NCBI GenBank assembly: GCA_963804995.1
Contig: CAWDSK010000003.1
Coordinates: 704,001 to 768,000 of the forward strand
Source of the DNA: an uncultured Acidobacteriota bacterium
GTDB taxonomy: Bacteria > Acidobacteriota > Terriglobia > UBA7540
Direction of reading: 5' to 3'
Length of the DNA: 64,000 bases
A program made the position numbers and the translations under genes. Below are positions 51,639 through 62,245 of this stretch, in pieces (within the stretch, counting starts at the first letter, position 1; every line of letters begins with the position of its first letter). The notes under the pieces are model-generated. The model had not been told where the DNA came from. It searched no databases and saw only the letters and a list, made by a program, of their open reading frames with translations.

Positions 51639-54600
51639 TTACCAAATAAGCTTAAGGCCGAACTGGACCTGTCGGGAAGAGGTGGACGTACTGGTGATGG
51701 CGCCCGCCGTCCCGGAAAGCCCGGTGGGATTCGCCGCCGTGGGTGGGGTAAATACGATGAGGTTGGGAGTGTTGAAATTGGCCCGATCGAGCAGATTGAA
51801 CATCTCCGCCCGGAACTGCAAACTCAACCCTTCGCGAAGGGTAGTCTCCTTCAGCACAGAGAAATCCCAGGTCGCGAGGCCGGGCCCAACAAAGGTGTCC
51901 CTTCCCAGATTGCCATAGAAGCCGCCGGTCGAGGGCGGGGCGATGAAGGCGTTGGGATTGAACCACTGCGCTGGTTTGCCGAGAATGACGGGCCCCGAGA
52001 AATTCGGATTCAAAAACGGCCGCACCGGATTGCGCGTGTCTCCATTGTTCGAGGGGTTGTAGCTGAGCTGCGGGGTGAACGGGAATCCCGCTTGTAACGT
52101 GACGATGCTGCTTAGTGACCAGCCGCTCACCATGCGGTTGCTCCAGCCTTCGACACCCCCGGCGAAAGGTTTGCCCTGCCCGAAGGGCAAGGCGTAAATC
52201 GTACTGATCACGCCCATGTTGCGCACGTCATACGTGGCCGGTCCCCAATCCGCCGCGAGGTCGAAGGGGTTCGAAACCAGTCCCGGCGCATTCCCCGCGG
52301 TGGTCTGATTCACGGAGTCTCCATCGTCGAGCGCCTTCGACCAGGTGTAAACCCCGCGCAAGGAAAGTCCCCCGCTGAAGCGATGGTCGATATCCACTTG
52401 GAGCGCGTTGTAGGAGCTGACTCCTTCTGAGAACCATGTCCAGGTATTCGCCAACGTGGCGTTCGCCTTGGGTGTTCCCGCAGGAATGAAAAAGCTCCCG
52501 GCGGGCACCGGCGCTCCTGCCAAGGGTGAGCCGGCGGGGAACCCCGTGGCAATAGTGACCGGAGGATTGGACGCCGCACTCACGGTGGGATACGTTGCTG
52601 GACACCGCGCGGCCGGGCAGAGGGTGGGGAAGGGTTCGTTCGCGTCCATGCCCAGCAGTTCGTGATAGCCGTGCGAACCTACATAGCCGACGGTCAAGGC
52701 GGTATTGGGAGTGATCTCCTGCGTGACCCGCAAGGACCAGGAAATCAGCGTGGGCGTTCTCAGGTCAGGCTGCACCCCGCCGGGCACAAGTTTGGCGCTC
52801 GCGGGAACTGGGGCAGTAGGATTGATCGGAAGGTGTGCGACCGGCAACGAGGCCAGGCTGTAAGTGGGATTGAACGGTGCGTTCTGATCGGCACGGTAGC
52901 CCAGGGCATCCTGCAGGTCGTTATACATACCAAAGCCCGCGCGAATCGCCGTCTTCCCACGGAAAGGGCTCCAGGCTAAGCCGAGGCGCGGCTGGGGAAG
53001 AAACTTGGCATGGTTGACCGTGAAAAGTGACGCGCCAATTTGGGGTTGTGTGGAAATAACTCCATTCGCGAAGGTGTAGTTGGCGGCGCGGTCATGAGCC
53101 TCATTCCAGCCTGTGGTGAATTCGTCCCGCATGCCCAGCGACAACGTGAGATTAGGGGTAACCCGGATGACATCTTCCGCATACCACGCCCCCAACAGCG
53201 ACCGCCAGTTCATCTCAGTTGGGGTGGGATCGAATAGGAAGGTCGAGGCGGTTCCTTGCAAGAAGGTCTGGAGGCTCGAGAATGTTGCCTGCCCGAATTG
53301 GCTGAGGGCGATAGTTTCGTTGGATTGAAAACGCTGGAACCACACTCCGAAATTGAACTGCTGCCGGCCTCGAATCCACGTCAGACGGTCTTCATAAGTG
53401 AATAGATTTCGGGCGATACTGAGGTTGCTTCCGTTATTGCTGCCGGCCAGACCCAACTGGGCTTGCGGATTGGATGCCGCACTCCCACCCACCACGACAG
53501 CGCCCACCGGCCGTCCCAGAAGAAAACCCGGAACCGTCGCAGCGGGGGTCCCGGGTGTGGGCTCACCCGTAAAGTAATAGCCGGCGCGGGTGAAACCGGC
53601 GCGGGCCGTGTTGAGCAAAGTCGGCGAGAAAACATGCGTCTCGTCCAGGCTGGACACCTGCTCGCGTAGGGTTACGAGGTCGGTGCTGAAAGGATCGAGT
53701 GGAGTGGCCGTGAGGTCGCCGCCATCATCGATGGTATAAACGGCCGCCAGCGTATCGTGCGCGGAGAAAACGTGGTCCAGCCGCGTGGTCCCAAAATCTT
53801 CGCGAATGGATTGCAGCGGGCTGCTGAAGACCTCCGCAATGCCGTTGAAGTCCGAAGCTCCGGCAGAAGGCGTGGGCCAGAGATTGAGCAGCGGCCGGAC
53901 ACTGGCCACGGCAACGGAACGGGAAGCCGCGTCGGGGACAAAAGCTGCGGAGGTTTGGTGGAGAGCTTCGCGGAATCCTTCGTAGTTGGCAAAGACGAAG
54001 GTCTTTTCCTTTTCGATTGGCCCACCGAGCGCGTCCCCAAACTGATTGCGTTTGAAGGGTGGAGCCGACCCCTGATCGAAATAGTTCGGAGCATCGAGGG
54101 CATTGTTGCGCAGGAATTCGAATAGCGAACCGTGCAACTGGTTGCTCCCCGATTGGGTCACGATGATCACCTGCCCGCCGGGACGCTTGCCGTATTCGGC
54201 GCCATAGGTGTCTCGCAGAACGTTAAACTCACGCACGGCATCCACCCCCAGCAACTGCTGGCTGGTGCCTCCCGGCTGCATGTTGTTCTCGGCAGCGCCG
54301 GAGTATTCGACCCCATTCAACAGGAATAGATTCTGCTGCGGCCGATTGCCTGAGACCGCGAAGTTGTTCCCAGTAGTTGAGTTGGAAATTCCAATCCCGC
54401 CAGTCTTCTCGGAAGTGAAGTTGACGATGCCAGGATTGAGGGTGAGCAGCTCATCGTAGCTGCGGCCATTGAGGGGCAGGTCCTTCACCTGTTTCTCACC
54501 CACCAGGCCGGAGGTCTGGTCGGTTGCAGCGCTCACCATGCGAGCCTCGCCGGTGATGGTCACTTGTTGCCGGACGGCGCCGAGCGGGAGAACGATATCC

Positions 54601-54944
54601 ACCGCCGCCTCCTGCCCCACATCGAGACTAATCCCCTTGTGCACGACGGTTTCAAACCCCGGCTTTTCGGCCGTGACTTCATAATGGCCCACGGCAAGCG
54701 CCGGCGCCAGGTATTGGCCGATGTAGTCTGAAACTGTGTGCCGGATCACTCCCGTTTCGGTGTTGCGAACCGCAATGGCAACTCCCGGCAATGCCCCACC
54801 CGAGGAGTCGCGGGTGGCTCCGGAAATCGCCGCTGTCACCTGGCAAAAGCTTTGTACCGCAAAGCCCGGCAGCAGTATCCCTGCCGCCATCATGAGCAAT
54901 ACCCAGCGCCCAAACTGAGATCGCCAACCCAGCCTCAGAAACAT
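51639..54944 (-). CDS. TonB-dependent receptor (Oar-like, N-terminal carboxypeptidase-regulatory-like domain)
   Basis: LPLNGR, AEYG, SGSNQLHGSLFEFLRN, RQVQFGLKLIW. Confidence 0.92.
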   Translation of the reverse strand: MFLRLGWRSQFGRWVLLMMAAGILLPGFAVQSFCQVTAAISGATRDSSGGALPGVAIAVRNTETGVIRHTVSDYIGQYLAPALAVGHYEVTAEKPGFETVVHKGISLDVGQEAAVDIVLPLGAVRQQVTITGEARMVSAATDQTSGLVGEKQVKDLPLNGRSYDELLTLNPGIVNFTSEKTGGIGISNSTTGNNFAVSGNRPQQNLFLLNGVEYSGAAENNMQPGGTSQQLLGVDAVREFNVLRDTYGAEYGKRPGGQVIIVTQSGSNQLHGSLFEFLRNNALDAPNYFDQGSAPPFKRNQFGDALGGPIEKEKTFVFANYEGFREALHQTSAAFVPDAASRSVAVASVRPLLNLWPTPSAGASDFNGIAEVFSSPLQSIREDFGTTRLDHVFSAHDTLAAVYTIDDGGDLTATPLDPFSTDLVTLREQVSSLDETHVFSPTLLNTARAGFTRAGYYFTGEPTPGTPAATVPGFLLGRPVGAVVVGGSAASNPQAQLGLAGSNNGSNLSIARNLFTYEDRLTWIRGRQQFNFGVWFQRFQSNETIALSQFGQATFSSLQTFLQGTASTFLFDPTPTEMNWRSLLGAWYAEDVIRVTPNLTLSLGMRDEFTTGWNEAHDRAANYTFANGVISTQPQIGASLFTVNHAKFLPQPRLGLAWSPFRGKTAIRAGFGMYNDLQDALGYRADQNAPFNPTYSLASLPVAHLPINPTAPVPASAKLVPGGVQPDLRTPTLISWSLRVTQEITPNTALTVGYVGSHGYHELLGMDANEPFPTLCPAARCPATYPTVSAASNPPVTIATGFPAGSPLAGAPVPAGSFFIPAGTPKANATLANTWTWFSEGVSSYNALQVDIDHRFSGGLSLRGVYTWSKALDDGDSVNQTTAGNAPGLVSNPFDLAADWGPATYDVRNMGVISTIYALPFGQGKPFAGGVEGWSNRMVSGWSLSSIVTLQAGFPFTPQLSYNPSNNGDTRNPVRPFLNPNFSGPVILGKPAQWFNPNAFIAPPSTGGFYGNLGRDTFVGPGLATWDFSVLKETTLREGLSLQFRAEMFNLLDRANFNTPNLIVFTPPTAANPTGLSGTAGAITSTSTSSRQVQFGLKLIW

Positions 54945-55449
54945 GCTTCGCTTCTCCTCATCGGCGCTCTGCCGATTTTAAGTTACCCTATTACCTTAAC
55001 TGTCAGGTCTGCCTGCTTCGCCCAGAACATCGGAAAGGTCACCCCTCCGAAGGAATTCATGATAATACGATTTGAATCATCTTGTCCATATTGGAGTATA
55101 TGGTTATATCCGGTTGTGATGCGCCGAAACGCATCGCGGTGATTGAGGCGGTTGATGTGAATCTAGTGCCCTAGCCCCCCTGGGGGGCAGAAGCGTTGAC
55201 CTAAGCCCTCGTCAACGTCCAACCGACGGCGGTGGATTGAGGCGGGTTCACGAGTTTCCGAATCGGCAACGACTTTAGATCCTATAGACTGAGTCATACA
55301 GACTTGTCGAAAATTCACGTTCCTGTTATTTTAGTCGGGCATTAAACTCATTTTACTTGTCTCGCGAAGCGGAGCGGTTCGGTTGGCCAGGGCCGTCACA
55401 TGGCTTCCGGATTGTTTAGCTGCGCTCACCACAAAGGGGAAAAATAACG

Positions 55450-56916
55450 ATGGTTTCATTTCCGAATCGAGTCGTGTTCGTCGGCTTTGGAGCGGTGGCG
55501 CGCTGCACCATGCCCATCCTGGTCAAGCACCTCAAGATCGATCCCCAGCGCATCACCGCAATTGATTTCGACCAAGTCGACGAGGCCCTGAAGCCCTGGA
55601 TCGCCCAGGGCGTCACTTTCGTCAAGGCTCGCGTAACGCCGGAGAACATGGGGAGTCTGTTGGGGAAGCACCTTTCCGCCGGAGATCTGCTGATCGACCT
55701 GGCATGGAATATTGATTGTTGCGAAATCGTGCAGTGGTGCCATGACCGGGGCATCATGTACATCAACACTTCGGTGGAACTCTGGGATCCCTATGCTGGA
55801 GCCCCCAACAAACACCCGACCGAGCGAACCCTCTACTGGCGCCACATGAATCTGCGCCGGATGATTGCCAAGTGGAGTGAGCCGGGGCCCACGGCCGTGA
55901 TCGAACACGGAGCGAACCCCGGCCTGATCAGCCATTTCACCAAGCAAGCGCTGCTGGACATCGCGCAGCAAGCGCTGGCGGATAAGAAATTCAGTGGGGC
56001 GCAGGCGGAGGAGATCGCCCACCATGCCAAGGCGGGGCAATTTAATCACCTGGCCCGCCAACTCGGCGTCAAAGTCATCCATTGCAGCGAGCGGGACACG
56101 CAGATAACCGACCAGCCCAAACAGGTCAACGAATTCGTCAACACTTGGAGCGTGGAGGGATTCCGGGAAGAAGGAACGACCACGGCCGAGATGGGTTGGG
56201 GCACCCATGAAAAGGAACTGCCTGCCTTGGCCTACGAGCATGCGGAAGGCCCGCGGAGCCAGATTTGCCTCGCGCGGATGGGCATCAACACTTACGTGGC
56301 CAGTTGGGTGCCGCCGAATCATGACATTATCGGTATGATCGTGCGCCATGGCGAGGCCTTTACTATTACCGAGAAGCTGACCGTTTGGGAAGACGGCAAG
56401 GCGGCTTACCGCCCCACGGTGCACTACGCATATTGCCCGTGCGACTCGGCCATCGCCTCGCTCCACGAGCTGCGTGGCTACGACTACCGGCTGCAACCGA
56501 ACATTCGCATCATGACCGACGAAATCATCAGTGGAGCCGATATTTTAGGTGCACTGGTGATGGGGCACCCCTACCAATCGTGGTGGTGCGGCTCCGACCT
56601 CGATATTGAGGAATCGCGCCGCCTGGTGCCGCACCAGAACGCTACCACGATGCAGGTGGCCGTCTCGGTTGTCGCCGCCTGCCTGTGGATGGTCGAAAAT
56701 CCGCGGCGGGGGCTGTGCGTGCCGGACAACCTACCCCACGACTTTGTGCTGGACATCAGCAAGCCCTATCTGGGCAAGTGGGTTTCCGTGGCTTCAGATT
56801 GGACGCCGCTAAAGCACTACTCGAACTTCTTCCACGGATATAACAAGCCACAGCTTGATGCGTCCGACATGTGGCAGTTCAAGAACTTTTTGATCACGGA
56901 AGGCGATGGCATTTGA
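55450..56916 (+). CDS. hss: Homospermidine synthase
   Basis: GFGAV, HGANPGLISHF, H.SERDTQ, NTWSVEG, HGE, PTVHYAY, NATT.QV. Confidence 0.9.
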   Translation: MVSFPNRVVFVGFGAVARCTMPILVKHLKIDPQRITAIDFDQVDEALKPWIAQGVTFVKARVTPENMGSLLGKHLSAGDLLIDLAWNIDCCEIVQWCHDRGIMYINTSVELWDPYAGAPNKHPTERTLYWRHMNLRRMIAKWSEPGPTAVIEHGANPGLISHFTKQALLDIAQQALADKKFSGAQAEEIAHHAKAGQFNHLARQLGVKVIHCSERDTQITDQPKQVNEFVNTWSVEGFREEGTTTAEMGWGTHEKELPALAYEHAEGPRSQICLARMGINTYVASWVPPNHDIIGMIVRHGEAFTITEKLTVWEDGKAAYRPTVHYAYCPCDSAIASLHELRGYDYRLQPNIRIMTDEIISGADILGALVMGHPYQSWWCGSDLDIEESRRLVPHQNATTMQVAVSVVAACLWMVENPRRGLCVPDNLPHDFVLDISKPYLGKWVSVASDWTPLKHYSNFFHGYNKPQLDASDMWQFKNFLITEGDGI

Positions 56917-56925
56917 AATCCGGTT

Positions 56926-57140
56926 GTAGCGGCGCTCTATGAGCGCCGAACGGCGGTCGCAGACCGCCGCTACAGTAACCGAGCGGAGACACTACCGCGA
57001 CAGGAATTTGCGGGACATGCGCATCCTGAGCGCGACAAGATCGCGCGATTGATTTGGTGGTACAGTTCGATGTAGAGGCGGCGGCTTTCATCCCGATCTG
57101 ATCGGGACGCCGCCATATGGCGAGATAAACTCGCCGCTAC
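56926..57140. repeat. Two REP doublets in the hss-decarboxylase spacer, the second with a TCCCGA hairpin insert
   Basis: 56926-56973 and 57072-57140; insert at 57091-57107. Confidence 0.8.
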
Positions 57141-57183
57141 AACATCAAACTGCACCACTAACATTGACTTGAAGCGATAATCG

Positions 57184-58317
57184 ATGGAACAAAAGAAACT
57201 GATTCAATTGGCCAGGAAGCACGGCACGCCGATTGTCGTCGTGGACCATAAAGTGCTGCGGCAAAATTACCAGCAATTCCGCAAGTACTTGCCGCGCGTC
57301 CAGGTCTACTATGCCGTCAAGGCAAACCCCGAACCTGCGATCGTGCGAACGTTCTACGAGGCCGGAGCCAGTTTCAACGTCGCCAGCCTGGCCGAGTTCC
57401 TGACCGTCCACGAAATGATCAAGGATCTTCCGGCGAAGGAGCGGCAGGACTTCATCTGGGATCGCATCATTTACGCGAATCCGATCAAAGCGGTTGAAAC
57501 GCTCGAGCAGTTGGATCCCTATAAACCCTTGGTCACCTACGATAACTTCGAGGAAATGATCAAGATCGCCCGTCATGCGCCGCACTCGGGGTTGGCATTG
57601 CGGTTGAGCGTCCCCAACACCGGATCGATGGTGGAGCTTTCAAGCAAGTTTGGCGCCTCACCCGGCGAGGCGGTGGACCTGATTGCCTTCGCCCACGATA
57701 ACAAGCTCGTGGTTGAGGGGCTGAGCTTTCACGTCGGCAGCCAGTGCACCAACCCGGGGAACTACATCGAGGCAATGCACCTGGCCGCAAACATTTTTGC
57801 CGAGGCCAGGACGCGGGGCTTCAATCTCAAGCTCCTCAACATCGGCGGTGGTTTTCCTGCCCACTACGACGACGCCATTCCACCCTTCAGGAGACTTGCC
57901 AAAACAATCACCACTGAGCTGAACCGGCTCTTCCCCGAACCGATCGAAATCCTCGCGGAGCCCGGACGTTTCCTGGTGGCCACTGCCGCCACCGCCGTCG
58001 CCCAGATCATCGGCAAGGCCGTCCGCGAAGGCAAACTTTGTTACTATATCGATGACGGCGTCTACCACACCTACAGCGGCCAGCTCTTTGACCACTGCCA
58101 GTACCGCATGAGAAGTTTCAAGAAAGGTCCTACCGAGATCTGCTCCGTCTTCGGCCCCACCTGTGACGCCCTCGATACCATCACCCTGGCCGCGCAGCTC
58201 CCGGAATTGGCTATGGGCGATCTGCTCTACTCCGAAAACATCGGCGCCTATGCCGCTGCCAGCAGCACGTCGTTTAACGGCTTTCCCCCGGCCAAGGTCG
58301 TGCATGTGAACCAGTGA
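57184..58317 (+). CDS. Fold-type III PLP ornithine/lysine decarboxylase
   Basis: YAVKAN, SKFG, SFHVGSQ, GGGFP, EPGR, GPTCD, GAY, FNGF. Confidence 0.92.
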   Translation: MEQKKLIQLARKHGTPIVVVDHKVLRQNYQQFRKYLPRVQVYYAVKANPEPAIVRTFYEAGASFNVASLAEFLTVHEMIKDLPAKERQDFIWDRIIYANPIKAVETLEQLDPYKPLVTYDNFEEMIKIARHAPHSGLALRLSVPNTGSMVELSSKFGASPGEAVDLIAFAHDNKLVVEGLSFHVGSQCTNPGNYIEAMHLAANIFAEARTRGFNLKLLNIGGGFPAHYDDAIPPFRRLAKTITTELNRLFPEPIEILAEPGRFLVATAATAVAQIIGKAVREGKLCYYIDDGVYHTYSGQLFDHCQYRMRSFKKGPTEICSVFGPTCDALDTITLAAQLPELAMGDLLYSENIGAYAAASSTSFNGFPPAKVVHVNQ

Positions 58318-58405
58318 TGCCGGGGAGCCGCGTGACTATAAAAGGGGATTTCTAATAACCTTCGGTGTTTCCTCCCGGCGAAAGGGGGGCCCACCACCGC
58401 TTGAC

Positions 58406-59695
58406 CTATCCGGAAACCTTCAGTTTCTTCACCAGAATTTTCGAGTTCCGTCCGCTCTGGTCGTATCGCTCGCGGCGGTCGAGCGGGAGGTCATCGATGG
58501 CGCCTTCGGCAAAGCCGCCCTTCGACTGGAAGTACGTAAACGCCTGCGTCGAAAGTGCGATCAATTCCGTCAAGCCGGTTTCGAGAGCTTTATTCTCGAC
58601 GAATTGAATCAGTTTTCGGCCAATGCCCTGGTTCTCGTGCGAGGGATTAACATAAAGGCTGGCCAGCTCACCCTTTTGTTGCGCGGGATAAACGTGCAGC
58701 GCCACGCACGCCACCGGGTTCTTATCGATTTCAAAGATGTAGTAATCTGCCAGGTTCTTTTCAATGTCGGCGCGAGTCCGCCGGACGAGCTCGCCCGCTT
58801 CCACTGCCTTCTTGGTCAACATCTGGATCGCCCGGATATCTTTCTTCTTGGCCGGGCGGATTTGTTCGTATTCGTTGGCATAAATCAGCGTGCCGATGCC
58901 CTCATTGGAAAACACTTCGGAGAGCAGCCCTTCGTCCTCGCGGCCGTTGATAACGTGAACACGCTGCACGCCCGCGGCGCACGCGGCAGCGGCATGCTGG
59001 GCCTTGGAAAGCATATCCAGCGCAAATCCACCGCCCGCGGTCTGTAAGAGTTTCTGCAAATCCCCCACCAGCATCTGGCGAATGATTTGATCGTTATGGC
59101 GCAACCCGTCCTGCGCGGTAATGAAAATCAGCTTGATCGCCTTCAAGGTATCGGCCACCGCGAGGGCAATGTTATCGGAGTTGGCCCGGTACGTCCTGCC
59201 GTCGCCGTCAAAGCCCAAAGGGGGCAGGACGGGAACAATCCCCTGGTTCAGCAAGGTTTGCAGAAGTTCCGTGTCGACCCGCTCCACCTTTCCGGTAAAT
59301 AGGTGGTCGACGCCCTGGATGATCCCCAGGGGATGCGCAATGATGGCGTTCGGGCAGGCGCCGCGCAGGTCGTTGGCAGAAAGGCCTTCCAGAATCTCGT
59401 GGGTGAGGCGGTTCGCGGCGTCCATGGCCAGCTCCAAGGTCGGAGCATCGGTCACGCCGGTGCCATCGAGGTTGGAGGCCTCGACGCCCTGCTTCTCGGC
59501 GAGCGCCTTAATCTGCGCCGACGCCCCGTGCACCAGCACCACGCGGATGTTCAAGGAACGCAGTACGGCGACGTCCAGCAGGATGTTGGCAAAGTTCTCA
59601 TCCGTGACGATGACTCCATCCACGGCAATAATGAACGTCCTTTCCCGGAATTGAGGGATGTATTGAAGGATCCCGCGCAGGTCTGTTAGCTTCAC
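58406..59695 (-). CDS. argA: Amino-acid N-acetyltransferase (N-acetylglutamate synthase), kinase-like + GNAT
   Basis: LVHGA, GVQRVH, LL.EVFS..GIGT, C-terminal GNAT ending RNSK. Confidence 0.9.
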   Translation of the reverse strand: MKLTDLRGILQYIPQFRERTFIIAVDGVIVTDENFANILLDVAVLRSLNIRVVLVHGASAQIKALAEKQGVEASNLDGTGVTDAPTLELAMDAANRLTHEILEGLSANDLRGACPNAIIAHPLGIIQGVDHLFTGKVERVDTELLQTLLNQGIVPVLPPLGFDGDGRTYRANSDNIALAVADTLKAIKLIFITAQDGLRHNDQIIRQMLVGDLQKLLQTAGGGFALDMLSKAQHAAAACAAGVQRVHVINGREDEGLLSEVFSNEGIGTLIYANEYEQIRPAKKKDIRAIQMLTKKAVEAGELVRRTRADIEKNLADYYIFEIDKNPVACVALHVYPAQQKGELASLYVNPSHENQGIGRKLIQFVENKALETGLTELIALSTQAFTYFQSKGGFAEGAIDDLPLDRRERYDQSGRNSKILVKKLKVSG

Positions 59696-60235
59696 GTTGG
59701 CACCTTGTCAGTTGTATTGTGGCCTGCGGCCAAGTTTAAAATTGGAGACAGTTCCACTTTACACCAAAACGGACCTTTTACGGGCAAGCGGATTGTGAGG
59801 CAGCGAAGGCCCTTCACGATTCCGGTGCTCGTAGCGGCGGGTTTATCCCGCCAGGGGGCGAGGTAAACTCAAGGCTGTCCAGATTAGCGAGCGCTCCTGG
59901 CGTTTGAAGGGCTTCGGTCGCCGCGGCGACAAGGGTTCTGCCCTTCCGGCCCATCGTCCGCATTTTCTCCTCCTCCGCGCCCGCGCTCTCAAAGAGCAGA
60001 AATAAACCAGACCCTAGGCGCCGCGGAAAAACCTGTGTGGATTGACCACCTGCACCCACAGGGGGATAATGGCCGTTCCCCCGCGCTGCGGCAGGGGGAT
60101 GCGCATGCGATTTCGCTCCGCTGTTGTGATCGTCAGTCTGGCAATTGTTACTTCCTTCGCAGCACAATGCTCCACGCTGTCCGCCGGCTTCCAAGAGCTT
60201 GTCTCCTTTAGAATGGAATCGGCAACGGTTTGCAC

Positions 60236-62092
60236 ATGAGACCGAGGCAAAAGATCGGTGCAACTGCGCTGGTGCTCCTCTTGGGCGCTGCGGTTTACGG
60301 CTTGAACCGCACCGCGCGGCCCCCGAGCGCGCCGCGAACCACTGGCAGTACTCCAGGACCAGCGCAAGCTTCCGCCGTTGACCAAACTCCAATTCTCACA
60401 GCGCTCAAATTAGCGCAAATGCCCACCACGGGCGAGGAGCTGTCATTTGCACAGGAGGCTCTGCGAATTGCCGATCATGAGATGGATCTGGCCTACGCAG
60501 CGGCGGAGCACGAGATTGAGGAGCATCCGCCGCGGCTGACCGCCGACGCGAAAAAGATCCAGGCGCGGCTGAATGAGGCGGAAGATGCGCTGGACACGGA
60601 CAATGCGGAGGTCGCGCGGCTGACCGCCGAGGAGGCCAAGGCCTCAGGCTCAAAGAAGGACGCGTTGGACGATCAACTCGTCCTGGCGACCGCTCACCAG
60701 GAGGAACACCAGGATGAAGTCGATGACGCGAAAGAAGATTTGGCCCGTGCGGGTGGCGATCCCAAGGCCCGCATCGAAGCCATGGTCCAAGAACATAAGG
60801 CTTCTTCGCAGGCAGTTGATAGCTTGAAAATCACGGTCAGCACGGCTGTCGAAGAGCGCGGGCTGATTCATCGCTTCAGCCAATGGTGGGTATTCCATCA
60901 GAAGCAGGTTCTCTTGGGGCAAGCGAAGCAACAGTCGGAGTCCACGGCCGCCGCCTTTTCAGCCAGCCACAATGCGCTGGAGGCGCAGCTCGAGGCAGAA
61001 AAAAAGAGCGCGTCGCAATCGGCAGCAACGGCGAGCGCCGCCAAACCTTCCCCCGGCGGGGGGACGCCCGCGAACCTAAGCCCCGAGGATTCCACCGCCC
61101 TGGTGAAAGCGGCAAAGCGGCGCGCGGCGAGCCAGAAGACCCTCACGTCCCTGGATAAGAAAATCGAGGATCAAAAACAACTTGCCGAAAACTATGGAAA
61201 ATGGAGCGGGGTGTTGGCCGCAGAACAATCTGCAGTTCTGCACGCCGCGCTGATGGGCGTCACCGCCATTCTTGTAATTCTGCTCTTTGGAATCCTATTT
61301 GATGTGTGGCTGGAGCGGCTTCTCGGCAAGCTATCGCTGGACCGCCGGCTGGTAGAAACATTGCGCACGGTAACGCGTGTTGCGGTGCAAGTGTTTGCGG
61401 TGCTTTTTATTTTGCTTGTGATTTTCGGGCCACCCGGACAGCTTGGCACATTTCTGGGGCTCGCCGGCGCCGGCCTTACGGTGGCGCTCAAGGATTTCAT
61501 CGTCGCTTTCCTCGGCTGGTTCGTGCTCATGGGGAAAGACGGCATCCGCATCGGCGATTGGGTGGAGATTAACGGGGTATGCGGCGAAGTGGTCGAACTC
61601 GGTATGTTTCACACTGTGCTGCTCGAAACCGGCAACTGGACCGATTCGGGCCATCCCACCGGCCGGCGCGTGACCTTCACCAATAGCTTCGCCATCGAAG
61701 GCCACTACTTTAATTTTTCGACGACCGGCCAGTGGCTCTGGGACGAATTGCAGGTGGTCTTGCCGCCCGGAGAGGATCCTTATCCACTTATCGATGCACT
61801 GCGGAAGAAAGTACTCGAAGCGACGGCGGAAACCTCGAAGCAGGCCGAGCAGGAATGGAAGAGTGCGGCGAGTTCGCATGGCATGAAGGCGCTTTCCGCC
61901 GCGCCCGCCATCAATCTCAAGCCGGTGGTGGGCGGCGTCGAAATCGCCGTGCGCTACATCACCCGCGCCAACGAACGCTACCAGTTGCGCGCCAAGCTGA
62001 ACCAAGCCGCTGTCGAATTGCTCGGCCGCAAGAATGTGGAGTCACCACCACCTCCACTGCCGACGCCCGCAACCGCACCTCCTTCAGATTAA
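60236..62092 (+). CDS. MscS-family mechanosensitive channel with long N-terminal coiled-coil region
   Basis: GLAGAGLTVALKD, IRIGDWVEINGV.GEV. Confidence 0.88.
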   Translation: MRPRQKIGATALVLLLGAAVYGLNRTARPPSAPRTTGSTPGPAQASAVDQTPILTALKLAQMPTTGEELSFAQEALRIADHEMDLAYAAAEHEIEEHPPRLTADAKKIQARLNEAEDALDTDNAEVARLTAEEAKASGSKKDALDDQLVLATAHQEEHQDEVDDAKEDLARAGGDPKARIEAMVQEHKASSQAVDSLKITVSTAVEERGLIHRFSQWWVFHQKQVLLGQAKQQSESTAAAFSASHNALEAQLEAEKKSASQSAATASAAKPSPGGGTPANLSPEDSTALVKAAKRRAASQKTLTSLDKKIEDQKQLAENYGKWSGVLAAEQSAVLHAALMGVTAILVILLFGILFDVWLERLLGKLSLDRRLVETLRTVTRVAVQVFAVLFILLVIFGPPGQLGTFLGLAGAGLTVALKDFIVAFLGWFVLMGKDGIRIGDWVEINGVCGEVVELGMFHTVLLETGNWTDSGHPTGRRVTFTNSFAIEGHYFNFSTTGQWLWDELQVVLPPGEDPYPLIDALRKKVLEATAETSKQAEQEWKSAASSHGMKALSAAPAINLKPVVGGVEIAVRYITRANERYQLRAKLNQAAVELLGRKNVESPPPPLPTPATAPPSD

Positions 62093-62245
62093 GCTGACAC
62101 AGTTGTTCGCAGGGTGTCACCCGGCGCTTCCGCGTTAAGGTCACCTGCGAGCGTGGACCTCCGCCGGCCCCATCGATTCGGAGCACTATACCTCCGCGCT
62201 CCTCACTCTCTCCGGACGGGGAGTCGGCACCGAACGTCTCTCCGC

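Noticed and set aside
54945..55085. Cobalamin or Moco riboswitch upstream of the TonB receptor
   Set aside because: No B12-box or Moco consensus seen
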